Positions 17,728 through 27,356 of a DNA stretch of 64,000 nucleotides are shown one piece after another. The notes below the pieces were generated by a model. That model saw only the letters and a program-made list of their open reading frames with translations, did not search any database and was not told the origin of the DNA. Position numbers and translations under genes: made by a program. The first letter of the stretch is position 1. The number at the start of each line of letters is the position of its first letter. Source of the stretch: an uncultured bacterium (GTDB taxonomy: Bacteria > Krumholzibacteriota > Krumholzibacteriia > G020349025); the NCBI GenBank assembly GCA_964567755.1, contig CAZMNW010000061.1, forward strand, positions 4,890-68,889. Direction: 5' to 3'.

Positions 17728-18921
17728 GTGAGTGACCTAACCTGGGACAGCCGTCCGCTCGTGGTCCACGTGATCAATAACTTGGGCGTCGGGGGCGCCG
17801 AGCGTTTTCTGGTGCAGTTGATGCACGCACAGCTCGCGCGCGGCTGGCGTGTCGGAGTGGCGACGCTCGTCGAGCCCAACCCTTTGACGCACGACATTTA
17901 TGGCAGTGGCATCCTGTACCGTGGTTGTAATCGGCCGCGCCTCAACGATCCGCGCTTGCTTTTCGACTTGATCGCCATCCTGCAGCGTCTGCGTCCCGAC
18001 GTCGTGCACACGCATCTTTTCTACGCCGACATTTTCGGTGCCGCGGCCGCGCGCCTCACGGGCATCCGCGCCATCCTCAGCACCGAACACAGCACCGAGG
18101 GTTGGGCGCTGAGCCGGAAGCGCCGTCTGGCCATGCGCTGCAGCGCGCGATTGGGGCGGCGGATCGTGGCGGTTTCGGATGCGGTGCGCGCACGTACGGC
18201 CGAACGACTGCGAGTGCCGGTGCAGCAGATCGACGTCATTCCAAACGGCATCGACCTCGAGCCGTTCGCTCAGGCTGCACCGCTGTCACGTCCCGATCTA
18301 GGTCTCGCGGCCGACGAGTGTGTCGTCGGTTGCGTCGGCAGGATGGTGGAATCCAAGGGATACGCCGTGTTGTTGCGCGCTCTGGCGCGGCTCGGCGCCA
18401 CGGGGGCTGACATGTCGCAGCCGCCTCTGCGTCTGCTCATGGTCGGTGATGGTCCGGAGCGAAGTGCGCTGCAGGCACAAGCCGAAGAATTGGGTTTGGG
18501 GTCGAAGGTTCAGTGGTTGGGTTTCCGCAACGATGTCGCGCGACTCTTGAAAACGCTCGATGTCTTCGTCATGCCCTCGGCGTACGAGGGGCATTCGATC
18601 GCGCTACTGGAAGCCATGGCGGCAGGCTGCGCTTGTCTCGTGAGCGATCTGCCGGAAATCGCCGAGACGATCGGTGAAGCCGCCGTCCGCGTTCCAGCCG
18701 GCGACGACGTCGCGATTGCGGCCGCGCTGCGAGCTCTGGCGGAAAATCCATCGCGACGTCAGGCACTGGGTGCCGAGGCTCGAGGTGTCGCACGGCGATT
18801 CTCCATCGCGGCGGCCGCCGAGAGCTATCTTCGGCTGTACGCCCGAATCCTCGATGACACCGCGTCGCGCTCCTCGAGCGCCAATCGGCGCCGTGCAGCT
18901 GCCGATTCAGGCTCGATGTGA
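17728..18921 (+). CDS. Glycosyltransferase family 4 (GT-B)
   Basis: VGGAER, PDVVHTH, IPNGID, VGRMVESKG and PSAYEGHSIALLEAMA. Confidence 0.93.
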   Translation: MSDLTWDSRPLVVHVINNLGVGGAERFLVQLMHAQLARGWRVGVATLVEPNPLTHDIYGSGILYRGCNRPRLNDPRLLFDLIAILQRLRPDVVHTHLFYADIFGAAAARLTGIRAILSTEHSTEGWALSRKRRLAMRCSARLGRRIVAVSDAVRARTAERLRVPVQQIDVIPNGIDLEPFAQAAPLSRPDLGLAADECVVGCVGRMVESKGYAVLLRALARLGATGADMSQPPLRLLMVGDGPERSALQAQAEELGLGSKVQWLGFRNDVARLLKTLDVFVMPSAYEGHSIALLEAMAAGCACLVSDLPEIAETIGEAAVRVPAGDDVAIAAALRALAENPSRRQALGAEARGVARRFSIAAAAESYLRLYARILDDTASRSSSANRRRAAADSGSM

Positions 18922-18958
18922 AGCGGTCGAGGCATGGATCTTCTGCTATCCTTTCGGC

Positions 18959-19768
18959 ATGGAGAAGCGATCCTCGACACCCATCATGGTCGTAGTTGGT
19001 CTCGTCCTTCTCGTTGCCCTTGCGGCCGCTGCACTGCATGCGCAGGGGTTGGTGGGCAAACGTGTGCGTGGCTTTCCTTCTCCTGGCGACAAGCCCGAAG
19101 GTCTGGCCTGGGATGGGCAGTTCCTGTGGTGCAACAACTTCAACGGCGGCTCGCTGCACAAGCTGGATCCATCCGACGGCCGTGTGATCGCCCACTATCA
19201 GGGCGTCGGCTTGCCGGCCAACCCTGAAGGTTTGGCGTGGGACGGTGAGCATCTGTGGACCTGCGATTGGCACGCCGGCATCATCGTCAAAATTCGCCCG
19301 ACATCCGAGGGCATCCAAGTCGTGGCCAATTACTCAAAACCGGATTCCTCGGGCCCGAACGTCGGACTTGAGTGGGACGGGACGTCGTTGTGGCTCAGTT
19401 GCTGGCCAGATGTGTCCAAGGGGCTGGGGTTCGGTCAACTCTTTCGTCTGCACCCGGCGACACTCGCGGTGCAGCAGAGGCTCATCCTGCCGGTGCATTT
19501 CATCGAGGACCTGGCCTGGGATGGGCGCTATCTTTGGAGCAGCGATTGGTTGAACGGTATCGGCTTTGCCATCGACCCGGCGACTGGAGACACGTTACAT
19601 ACCTATCGGACGCCGGGTCCGAATCCCGTCGGCAGTGCCTGGGATGGCACGTCGCTCTGGATCACGGACACGGATCGTGATTCCATCTGGGCGCTCGACA
19701 TCGATGGTGCGACGCCTGCGACTGCGAACTCGTGGAGTCAGGTGAAACGCCTGTTCCGCGGGCGTTGA
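18959..19768 (+). CDS. Secreted beta-propeller protein (glutaminyl cyclase/YncE-like repeats) with C-terminal W-x-x-V-K-x-L-F tail
   Basis: Signal peptide; repeated GLAWDG units; ends TPATANSWSQVKRLFRGR. Confidence 0.8.
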   Translation: MEKRSSTPIMVVVGLVLLVALAAAALHAQGLVGKRVRGFPSPGDKPEGLAWDGQFLWCNNFNGGSLHKLDPSDGRVIAHYQGVGLPANPEGLAWDGEHLWTCDWHAGIIVKIRPTSEGIQVVANYSKPDSSGPNVGLEWDGTSLWLSCWPDVSKGLGFGQLFRLHPATLAVQQRLILPVHFIEDLAWDGRYLWSSDWLNGIGFAIDPATGDTLHTYRTPGPNPVGSAWDGTSLWITDTDRDSIWALDIDGATPATANSWSQVKRLFRGR

Positions 19769-19794
19769 TGGCCTCGCACCGAGAGGAATCATCG

Positions 19795-20472
19795 ATGGAT
19801 GCCAAGGAGCGCGCTGCTCGTTCGGCGGTCGGAGAGGTGCAGAGCGGGCAAGTTCTCGGGCTCGGCACCGGCTCGACGGCGATGAAGGCCCTGTACGTTC
19901 TCGCCGAGCGCATCCGCAACGAGGGCTTGGATGTCATCGGCGTTCCCACCTCGGTGGCGACGCAGGCGGAAGCCGAGAAGCTCGGCATCCCACTCACGAC
20001 TCTCTCGGCGCATCCGGAGATCGATCTCGCCTTCGATGGCGCCGATCAAGTGGATGCAACCTTGGCGGTCATCAAAGGTTATGGCGGCGCCTTGCTGCGC
20101 GAGAAAATCGTGGCGCGATGCGCCAAGCGTTTCCTCGTCATGGTGGACACCTCGAAACTGGCGCAGATATTGTGCATCGCCGTTCCCGTCGAGGTCCTGC
20201 CCTTCGGAGTCGGCGCTGCCAAGCGGCATCTGGAATCCCTGGGCGGCCAGGTGCGGCAGCGGCTTGGCCCAGACGCGCCCTACGTCTCGGATAACGGCAA
20301 TCACATTCTCGACGTCGACTTCGGTTCCATCCTGGACCCGGCGGCGCTCGCGGCGCGGCTCGACGCCATCCCGGGTGTCATGGATCACGGTCTCTTCGTC
20401 GGGATGGTGGATGCGCTGCACGTCGGAGAGTCCACCGCGGCCCGCATCGTGCATCGCCCCGCGCCGCGCTGA
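19795..20472 (+). CDS. rpiA: Ribose-5-phosphate isomerase A
   Basis: GLGTGST, DGAD, KGYGGALLREK and SDNGNHILD. Confidence 0.96.
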   Translation: MDAKERAARSAVGEVQSGQVLGLGTGSTAMKALYVLAERIRNEGLDVIGVPTSVATQAEAEKLGIPLTTLSAHPEIDLAFDGADQVDATLAVIKGYGGALLREKIVARCAKRFLVMVDTSKLAQILCIAVPVEVLPFGVGAAKRHLESLGGQVRQRLGPDAPYVSDNGNHILDVDFGSILDPAALAARLDAIPGVMDHGLFVGMVDALHVGESTAARIVHRPAPR

Positions 20473-20614
20473 ACACGCCCTGGTGTAGTGTCTCAGAAAA
20501 ATAATGTCGGCTGTTCTCGGCAGCTTGCCGGCATGCCCCCGTACGACGAAGCAGGCTGAGTTGACGGGCCCGACGGCATCGGTTGGCACGACTCGGTCTG
20601 TGCAGGTTCATTTG

Positions 20615-21295
20615 TTATGCGTTCGCCTCGGCCTCGGGAAAGTTGGGCGCAGTTTGCCGTTCCCGCTCCTGGAGAGCGGCGTCGAGCTGTGCGGCCAGTT
20701 CGCCTTCCTGAATCGTTCGGAGCTGCTTTGGCAACTCAGGCCGAGACGCCGGATAGACGCCATGCTTGGCGAGCGCGGACCGCGCGAGGAACGTCAGATA
20801 CGAGACATTGAGTTCGTTTGCGGCGGCCTGGTCGCCCGATTCGCGCACCGCCATGAGGTGCCTGAAGACCGCTGCCGCCATCTTCTGTGCAAGATCTGGG
20901 TCCGGAAGCGGTACGTGATCGCGCAATTCTGCCACCAGCTTTGCCCACGTTCCGTCTCGGTCGAATACCACCTTCCCGAATTTGACAGCCCACCCAAGCA
21001 GAAGATGACCCCCGACCACGTCGTCGCGCGCCGCTGCAAGCGCGAAGGCTCGGACATCCACCTCGATCGGGGCTTTGTATTGAAACCGATCGCACTCTTT
21101 GCATAGAACCACCAAGTCTAGATCATCGCTTCGTACTGCACTCCTTATGGTGGAGCCGACCGCGACTACTGCGACCACATTGACGTCTGTGGCGATGACG
21201 CTCAAGAAATCCACAAGCCACTTACGCGAGGTCTGCGTAGGCCAGCGAAGAATGATGCCGTCCAAGCGGTCGATGTCGTCGGTTTTGCTGCTCAA
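20615..21295 (-). CDS. Minimal nucleotidyltransferase (MNT)-like protein with a C-terminal helical extension
   Basis: GSTIR...SDDLDL (GS-x-DxD) motif; TTG start overlapping the upstream HEPN gene stop. Confidence 0.75.
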   Translation of the reverse strand: MSSKTDDIDRLDGIILRWPTQTSRKWLVDFLSVIATDVNVVAVVAVGSTIRSAVRSDDLDLVVLCKECDRFQYKAPIEVDVRAFALAAARDDVVGGHLLLGWAVKFGKVVFDRDGTWAKLVAELRDHVPLPDPDLAQKMAAAVFRHLMAVRESGDQAAANELNVSYLTFLARSALAKHGVYPASRPELPKQLRTIQEGELAAQLDAALQERERQTAPNFPEAEANA

Positions 21296-21675
21296 GGGTT
21301 TCCGCCTTTGGGACTGACAAGTGCGGATACGGCGTCTACGAACTCTTCAATTGCCCCTGCGACACTCTCCGCGTCAAGCTTGGGAGCTGCAACGTCACCG
21401 TACGCTTCGCTTTTGCGAACTTCGTTCAGATCTCTGAGCAACTCGGCCACATCGGGAAGCCCCCACTTGGTGTGAAGCGTCTTCGCAACTGCTACACGTT
21501 GTGCGTGGACGGCCGTTATCGGTTGTTTCAGGTGTAGTGCAGCCGCATCGACCGCGGCCTCGAGAGAGTAGAAGCCATAGAGGGAGAGATCCGCCCATTC
21601 TGGTGGATCCCAGGCTACTTGTACCCTCCTGAGGTGTTTCCTCGCGAGGTGCAGCTTCTCCAGCGCCGTTGGCAT
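21292..21675 (-). CDS. HEPN domain protein
   Basis: Helical 127 aa with YSLEAAVDA, an H-containing segment and RKSEAYG (R-x4-Y). Confidence 0.7.
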   Translation of the reverse strand: MPTALEKLHLARKHLRRVQVAWDPPEWADLSLYGFYSLEAAVDAAALHLKQPITAVHAQRVAVAKTLHTKWGLPDVAELLRDLNEVRKSEAYGDVAAPKLDAESVAGAIEEFVDAVSALVSPKGGNP

Positions 21676-21917
21676 AACGCGCTTCCTCAGAGGTCACCAA
21701 AACTATTGAGCACCGGAGTGCGCGATCCGACATGATCCTAGCATAGCATGCGCGAAGCAGGCAACTTTGCGTGCGGCCTTGCGATGACCGAAGAGTTGAA
21801 AATGAGGTACTTCGTGAGCGGCTTTTTCACCTTGTCGTGGGACGAATGGCGATCGGATCCGCGAAGTCCCACCGAGAACTGCCAGCATTGTCTATGGCAC
21901 CGAGCTCTGCACTAGAA

Positions 21918-22937
21918 CTAGAACAGCTCCTGCTGCAACTTCGGGCGCGTGAACGTCCCCGTTCGGATGTGGATTTCACCATTACGGCCCGCGGCGAACC
22001 CGAGTCGGCGCGTGTGCAGTTCCCACTGGCGCTCGATCATGTCCCAGTAGATTCCCTCGCCGCGCTGGCGCGCGAAGAAGCGCGAATCATCGAGCTTGCC
22101 GGCGCGGACGTCATGGATCCGGTTCTCGATCCGGGCCGCGCGCCCGGGCAGAGCCGCGCGCAGACGCGCGAGGAACACGTCGCGCACATTTCCCGGCAGC
22201 CGCAAAAGCACGCACTGCGCATAAAGAGCCCCCGCGTCGTGTGCGCGCTCGAGGATGCGTGGAATGTCTTCATCGTTCAGGCCGGGGATGAGCGGAGCCA
22301 CCGAGACACCGGTCGGGATTCCGGCGGCCGCCAGACGCCGGATGGCTTCGAAGCGACGGGACACCGGCGCCACACGCGGCTCGATCGCACGTCCGATGGC
22401 GTCATCCGCAAAGGCGATGCTGGCGAACACGCGCACGCTGGCATGCCGATGCAGCTCCAGCAGCAGATCGATGTCCCGTTCGATCAGCGGCGATTTCGTG
22501 ATGATGCCGACGGGATTCCGAAACTCGCGGCACACCTCGAGGCAACGGCGGGTCAATCGCCAGGAGCTCTCGAGCGGCTGGTAGCAGTCGGTGTTGCCGG
22601 AAAAGACGACGAGCTCTCCGCTCCATGACGAGCGCAGAAATGCCGCGCGCAGGAGCTCCGGCGCCCGAGGTTTGACCACGATCTTGGTGTCGAAGTCGGT
22701 TCCGGCACCGAATCCGAGGTACTCGTGCGTGGCGCGCGCATAGCAATAGGCACATGCATGTGCACAGCCGCGGTAGGGGTTGACGCTCCAGCGGAACGGC
22801 AAATCAGGGCTCGTGTTCGCGCTCAGAATCTCGCGGCTCGAATCCTCGAACACCTGGAGCTCGGCGGGTGGTGGCTCGTCGAGCCACTCGCGATCGATCG
22901 CGGCAAAAGGGTTGGGAGGATTGTCGACCCGGCGCAT
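21918..22937 (-). CDS. PA0069/Rv2578c-family radical SAM protein (SplB-like)
   Basis: SVNPYRGCAHACAYCYAR, SGNTDCYQPLE and ITKSPLIERDIDLL. Confidence 0.92.
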   Translation of the reverse strand: MRRVDNPPNPFAAIDREWLDEPPPAELQVFEDSSREILSANTSPDLPFRWSVNPYRGCAHACAYCYARATHEYLGFGAGTDFDTKIVVKPRAPELLRAAFLRSSWSGELVVFSGNTDCYQPLESSWRLTRRCLEVCREFRNPVGIITKSPLIERDIDLLLELHRHASVRVFASIAFADDAIGRAIEPRVAPVSRRFEAIRRLAAAGIPTGVSVAPLIPGLNDEDIPRILERAHDAGALYAQCVLLRLPGNVRDVFLARLRAALPGRAARIENRIHDVRAGKLDDSRFFARQRGEGIYWDMIERQWELHTRRLGFAAGRNGEIHIRTGTFTRPKLQQELF

Positions 22938-23043
22938 GCAGACCCCCACGTGAACGTGTGTCCGGCGGAGGGCATCGCAACCGGTGGCGCCGAGAGTAGG
23001 GTGAAAGTCCTTCGCAATCAAGCCCTTGGCGTGCGCTTCGGTT

Positions 23044-24525
23044 TCAGCGCTGTGCGAGGCGTGTGGCGATGGCCTCGGCTTCCTTGATGCAAGCATTCAT
23101 CGCGATGCCGCGATAGGAATTGCCCGAAAGATGCAGACCGATGTGCCGTTGGAGAGCGGTGTCGATGCGCGCCAACGTGCGCGCATGACCCACAGGGTAT
23201 TGAGGAATGCCTCGCGGATGACGGATGACGCCAAGGACCTCGGGGTCGCCGTGCAGATTCAAGAGCCGATGCAGCGTGGTGAGCGCGCGCTGCGTGAGCT
23301 GGGCGTCGGTTTCCTCGACAGCGCCGGGGTCGCGTGCACCTCCAATCATCGTGCGCAGCAGCACCTGCCCGTCTCGTGCACGGCCCGGAAAGACCCAGGA
23401 GTCGAAGAGCGTGCCGAGAATCGGCAGTTTCTCGCAGGCTGGTACCAGGAAGCCGAAGCCACGGCTCACATGCTGCAAATCCTGGGCGCGGAAATCGAGG
23501 CACACTACCGCCACCGGGGCTGAAGGGATGCTGACTACCGCGCTCGCCAACTCGGCGTCGAGCGGATGCAGCAGTGCCGCGGCTTTCCATGCCGGGCCTG
23601 CGATCACCACGTCCGTGGCTTCGACACTCTCGCCATCAGGAATCGTCAATCGCCAGCGCGGCTCGCCAAGGTGTGATGCCCCCCGTGCGCCCCCCACAGG
23701 GGCAGGGTCTCCGATCGGCGCAATCGCATCGACCGGTGTGTCCAAGTGCAACCGCGGGCCGAGAGCCTGCACCAAAGCGCGAACGAGCGTTTCCATGCCA
23801 TCGACGAAGGAAGTGAGCGTGCCACCTGGCCCGATGGGACCGCCCGCCGCGCCACGACGATCTCCTTCTCCCCGCGCACCGGCAGTCATGGTCGCGTCCG
23901 GCTCGTCTCTGCTGGCCCGAAGTTCCCGGCGCCGGGCAATCATGGCCTTGAACAAGCCACCGCAACGGCGCTCCATTTCACGCATGCGCGGGAACGCGCA
24001 CTCGAGGCTCAGCGTTCTCGAGTCCCCGGCATAGATCCCGGTCACCATCGCATCGACCAAGACCTCGGCAGCCTCACGGCCGATGCGTCGTGCGGCGAAA
24101 TCGAAAACGGATTCGTCGGCATCTTCCCGTCGCGGGGGTTGCGCCCATTCCAGGAGTACGCGAGCCCTACCGCGCAGGCTCAAGACATCGCTGGTGAGGA
24201 ACTGCGCCGGACGTTGCGGCAGCGCGCGCAAGGCACCGGCGCGCACGATCCAACGAGTGCTCGCGTCACTGCTCGCCTGCACCACCTGAGGCTGCAGTCC
24301 CAGGAACTCGATCAGGCGCGTGGTGGCCGGCTCGTTGTCGAGCCAACCGTTCGGACCCCATTCACACAAGGTGCCGCTACGTCGCTCGCTCCGAATGTTG
24401 CCGCCCGCACGCCCATGGGTCTCGAACACCTGGACGTCGATCCCCAGCCGTTGGAGGTGAAACCCCAAGGCCAAGCCGGAAATGCCGCCGCCCACTACGG
24501 CAACTCGAGTCCGGAGCGTGGCCAT
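23044..24525 (-). CDS. hemG: Protoporphyrinogen oxidase (HemY-type flavoprotein)
   Basis: VGGGISGL FAD motif, EWGPNG, GIYAGD and GNSYRGIAMNACI. Confidence 0.93.
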   Translation of the reverse strand: MATLRTRVAVVGGGISGLALGFHLQRLGIDVQVFETHGRAGGNIRSERRSGTLCEWGPNGWLDNEPATTRLIEFLGLQPQVVQASSDASTRWIVRAGALRALPQRPAQFLTSDVLSLRGRARVLLEWAQPPRREDADESVFDFAARRIGREAAEVLVDAMVTGIYAGDSRTLSLECAFPRMREMERRCGGLFKAMIARRRELRASRDEPDATMTAGARGEGDRRGAAGGPIGPGGTLTSFVDGMETLVRALVQALGPRLHLDTPVDAIAPIGDPAPVGGARGASHLGEPRWRLTIPDGESVEATDVVIAGPAWKAAALLHPLDAELASAVVSIPSAPVAVVCLDFRAQDLQHVSRGFGFLVPACEKLPILGTLFDSWVFPGRARDGQVLLRTMIGGARDPGAVEETDAQLTQRALTTLHRLLNLHGDPEVLGVIRHPRGIPQYPVGHARTLARIDTALQRHIGLHLSGNSYRGIAMNACIKEAEAIATRLAQR

Positions 24526-24579
24526 GCGAACCACCTGCCGAGGTGCGGCGCCAATGCCCTGGGGCTCGTGGCGGCGCGA

Positions 24580-25980
24580 TCAGATCGTGCGGGAAAACGT
24601 CTTCTCGGTGTCCTTATCCTTCAAGTACCGATCGAACGTCATGGCGATGTTGCGGATGAAGACCCGACCCACGCGGGTGACGGCGATCGTTGCAACATCG
24701 AGATGCAGAAAGCCGCTCTGCTCATGTGCGCGCAGGCCTTCGAGTTCGGCGGCGAAATAGGTGCCGAAGTCGAGTCCGAAGCGCCGCTCGACGTCCTGGA
24801 GATCGAGATGGAAGTTGCACATGATCTGAGTGATCACGTGCCGGCGAATGGCGTCGTCCGACGACAGCAGCACGCCACGCAGCACCGGCAGGCGATCGGC
24901 GCGCAACGAATCGTAATAGGAATCTTGGTTCTTGTGGTTCTGGATGTAGGCGCCCTGAAGGTCGCCGATGCCGGAAACACCGAAAGCGATGGCATCGGTC
25001 GCGGGCTTGACCGTGTAGCCCATGAAGTTGCGGTGCAGCACCCGGTTCTGCAAGGCGCGGGCCATCTCGTCGCTGGGCAACGCGAAGTGATCCATGCCGA
25101 TCTGCACGTAGCCGGCATCCGTGAACTTGCGCACGCCGAGGAGGTAGAGCTCCACCTTCAGCTCCGGCGGCGGCAGCATGTCTTCGGTCATGACGTTCTG
25201 GTTGCCGGATTTCCATGGTACGAAGGCGAAGCTGTACATCGCCACGCGCTCGGGACGCATGCCGAGGACCGAGTCGAGCGTGCGCTCGAACGTGACGCAG
25301 GTCTGCAGCGGCAAACCATAGATGAGATCGACGTTGATGCTGTCGAAGCCCTGGCGGCGACTGTAGTCGAAGAGCTCGCGCGTGCCGGGCTCGTCCTGAT
25401 AGCGGCTGATGATGGCTTGCACCTCGGGGGTGAAGTCCTGCACCCCCATGCTGAGCCGGTTGAAACCGAACTCGCGCAAGACATCGATATGCTCCTGCGT
25501 GGTGACGCGTGGATCGACCTCGATGGCGACCTCGGCCTCGGGAAGGATCTCGAAGCGGTCGAGGACGGTTTGATGCAACTGGCGCATTTCCGCCGGTGAG
25601 TAATAGGTGGGTGTGCCCCCGCCCCAGTGGTACTGCGCCACCTGGCGCCGGTGCGGCAGATGCTTGCTCACGAGGTCGATCTCGCGCTGGAGGTATCCCA
25701 GGTACTCGAGTGCGCGCTCGCGTTTCTTGGTGATGACTACGTGGCAGCCGCAGAAGGTGCAACGCTCGTGACAGAAGGGCAGGTGAAAATACAGCGACAG
25801 CGGTTCGTTCGCGTGCGTGTCCGCCTCGGCGAGCTTGCCCTGGTAATCGGCTTCGCCTACGCCGGCATGAAACTCCACCGCTGTGGGATAGGACGTGTAG
25901 CGCGGCCCTGGCCGATCGAACCTGCGGATCAGCTCCGCTGTCAGCTCGGGCTCTGGAGGATGCGCCTGCGAGGGTCTCAT
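24580..25980 (-). CDS. hemN: Oxygen-independent coproporphyrinogen III oxidase
   Basis: GPRYTSYPTA, HLPFCHERCTFCGC, WGGGTPT and RNFMGY. Confidence 0.96.
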   Translation of the reverse strand: MRPSQAHPPEPELTAELIRRFDRPGPRYTSYPTAVEFHAGVGEADYQGKLAEADTHANEPLSLYFHLPFCHERCTFCGCHVVITKKRERALEYLGYLQREIDLVSKHLPHRRQVAQYHWGGGTPTYYSPAEMRQLHQTVLDRFEILPEAEVAIEVDPRVTTQEHIDVLREFGFNRLSMGVQDFTPEVQAIISRYQDEPGTRELFDYSRRQGFDSINVDLIYGLPLQTCVTFERTLDSVLGMRPERVAMYSFAFVPWKSGNQNVMTEDMLPPPELKVELYLLGVRKFTDAGYVQIGMDHFALPSDEMARALQNRVLHRNFMGYTVKPATDAIAFGVSGIGDLQGAYIQNHKNQDSYYDSLRADRLPVLRGVLLSSDDAIRRHVITQIMCNFHLDLQDVERRFGLDFGTYFAAELEGLRAHEQSGFLHLDVATIAVTRVGRVFIRNIAMTFDRYLKDKDTEKTFSRTI

Positions 25981-26098
25981 GGATGTCACGGCTTCTTTGC
26001 GATCCGGGTGAGCACACTGGAGCAACTCTCAGATGGAATATACGGACCCGGCTTGCCGACGACCACCCCGTGAGGGGTGCGGGTGCGGGCTCTGGCCC

Positions 26099-26136
26099 AA
26101 AAAAGCCAGAGGCCCCGTCTGCACGGGGCCCCTGGT
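26099..26136 (-). terminator. Rho-independent terminator of the PEP-CTERM gene
   Basis: On the minus strand, CCAGGGGCCCCGT-GCAG-ACGGGGCCTCTGG is followed by CTTTTTT. Confidence 0.8.
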
Positions 26137-26159
26137 TTCTTGCTCGATGAGGGAAGGGG

Positions 26160-26885
26160 TTACGACCTACGACGGCGTTTGCGCGCCAGGCCGGCGCTCG
26201 CCATGCCCACGCCCAAGAGGACGAGAGTCGTGGGTTCGGGGACGGCGTGTTCTGCGTCGTGCGAGAACGGTGCGAAGGCGTTGACGAGATCCTTGTCCGT
26301 GCCGGTGGCCGTGGGATCGAACGTGCCATCGCCTCTGGTGACGAACAGATCCATATGGATCCCGGTCACTGACGCGTCCAGGGAATTGATGGTGAAGTCG
26401 AACGCCTCGGCGTAGCCATCGCCAGGATCGCCGCCAGGAGGCTGGGTATTGAAAATGGTCTGCACAGAGCCGTCGAACTGGAACTCATAGATCTCGAAAT
26501 AGGTGTCGAAGATTCCGTGCGGCGCGAGAGAATTGTTGTCCTGGATCGGTGGATTGCCGAACCCCGAAGTAAACAGGGACAATGCGCCGCCATCGTTTTC
26601 GACGCTGACATCGAAACCATCGAAGTTGATCATGGGCACTGCCGAGACCACGAGATAGGCGTTCCGCGTCGCGGCGCCAGCCGCCTCCCACGCGAAATCA
26701 CCGTTGCCGGGTGACGCGTTCGCATAGGCGAATAGGCTGAACGGATTCGTGTTGGTGAACCAGGTCTGGCTTCCCACGTTATACGACCACGAACCGACAC
26801 CTGGACCCAACTGCAGTGACGGCAAGGCGTACGCCGAACCGCCGAACGTTCCCAGGAGGACGAGAGTGACGATTAGTCTTTTCAT
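26160..26885 (-). CDS. PEP-CTERM surface protein (passenger resembles choice-of-anchor N type)
   Basis: Signal peptide; C-terminal AVPEPTTLVLLGVGMASAGL-ARKRRRRS. Confidence 0.92.
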   Translation of the reverse strand: MKRLIVTLVLLGTFGGSAYALPSLQLGPGVGSWSYNVGSQTWFTNTNPFSLFAYANASPGNGDFAWEAAGAATRNAYLVVSAVPMINFDGFDVSVENDGGALSLFTSGFGNPPIQDNNSLAPHGIFDTYFEIYEFQFDGSVQTIFNTQPPGGDPGDGYAEAFDFTINSLDASVTGIHMDLFVTRGDGTFDPTATGTDKDLVNAFAPFSHDAEHAVPEPTTLVLLGVGMASAGLARKRRRRS

Positions 26886-26923
26886 GATTTCCCTCCGATA
26901 GTCTTTTCATGATTTCCCTCCGA
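26874..26923. repeat. Perfect 25-bp tandem duplication covering the RBS and first four codons of the PEP-CTERM gene
   Basis: TAGTCTTTTCATGATTTCCCTCCGA occurs at 26874-26898 and again at 26899-26923. Confidence 0.95.
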
Positions 26924-26959
26924 GCAAGATCAGGACATGGTAACCCTTGTTCTCCACGC

Positions 26960-26975
26960 AGCAATGACGGTGCCG
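26960..26975 (-). promoter_or_regulatory. Putative sigma54 (-24/-12) promoter of the PEP-CTERM gene
   Basis: Minus strand reads CGGCAC-CGTCA-TTGCT, versus consensus TGGCAC-N5-TTGCW. Confidence 0.7.
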
Positions 26976-27287
26976 TCTTGTAACTGCATGTTTTTGTGCT
27001 GTTTAACAAAAACGCATCAGGTTATTTGTAAAGAGTTCCAACACCTGATCGGGGGGCGCCCTCTGTCCACCTCAGGGTCCACCCGCGAGTGGCTCTCAGG
27101 GCCCTCTGCGGGCGGCTCTGCGAGGCGAGCTCCCAAGTCTCCATGGATGCCAGAAAATGTCGGGTGTAAGGACTGGGCGAACTGCCGACATCGCGAGGAA
27201 TACGGAGTCGGCGTCACAAAACAGCATAAGATTATTTATTACAGCAATTTATATCGATACCGACGCCAGTGAGACGCTGCCGGATGG

Positions 27288-27305
27288 GTGTCGTCTTTCT
27301 GACAC
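27288..27305. promoter_or_regulatory. Putative enhancer (UAS) palindrome for a sigma54 activator
   Basis: GTGTC-N8-GACAC (TGT-N10-ACA), about 310 bp upstream of the -24 box, with AT-rich tracts in between. Confidence 0.45.
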
Positions 27306-27356
27306 ATTCAGGCAGAGTCTGCGCCCCCGGCTTCTGTGCGCCGGCCGCCAGTCCCG

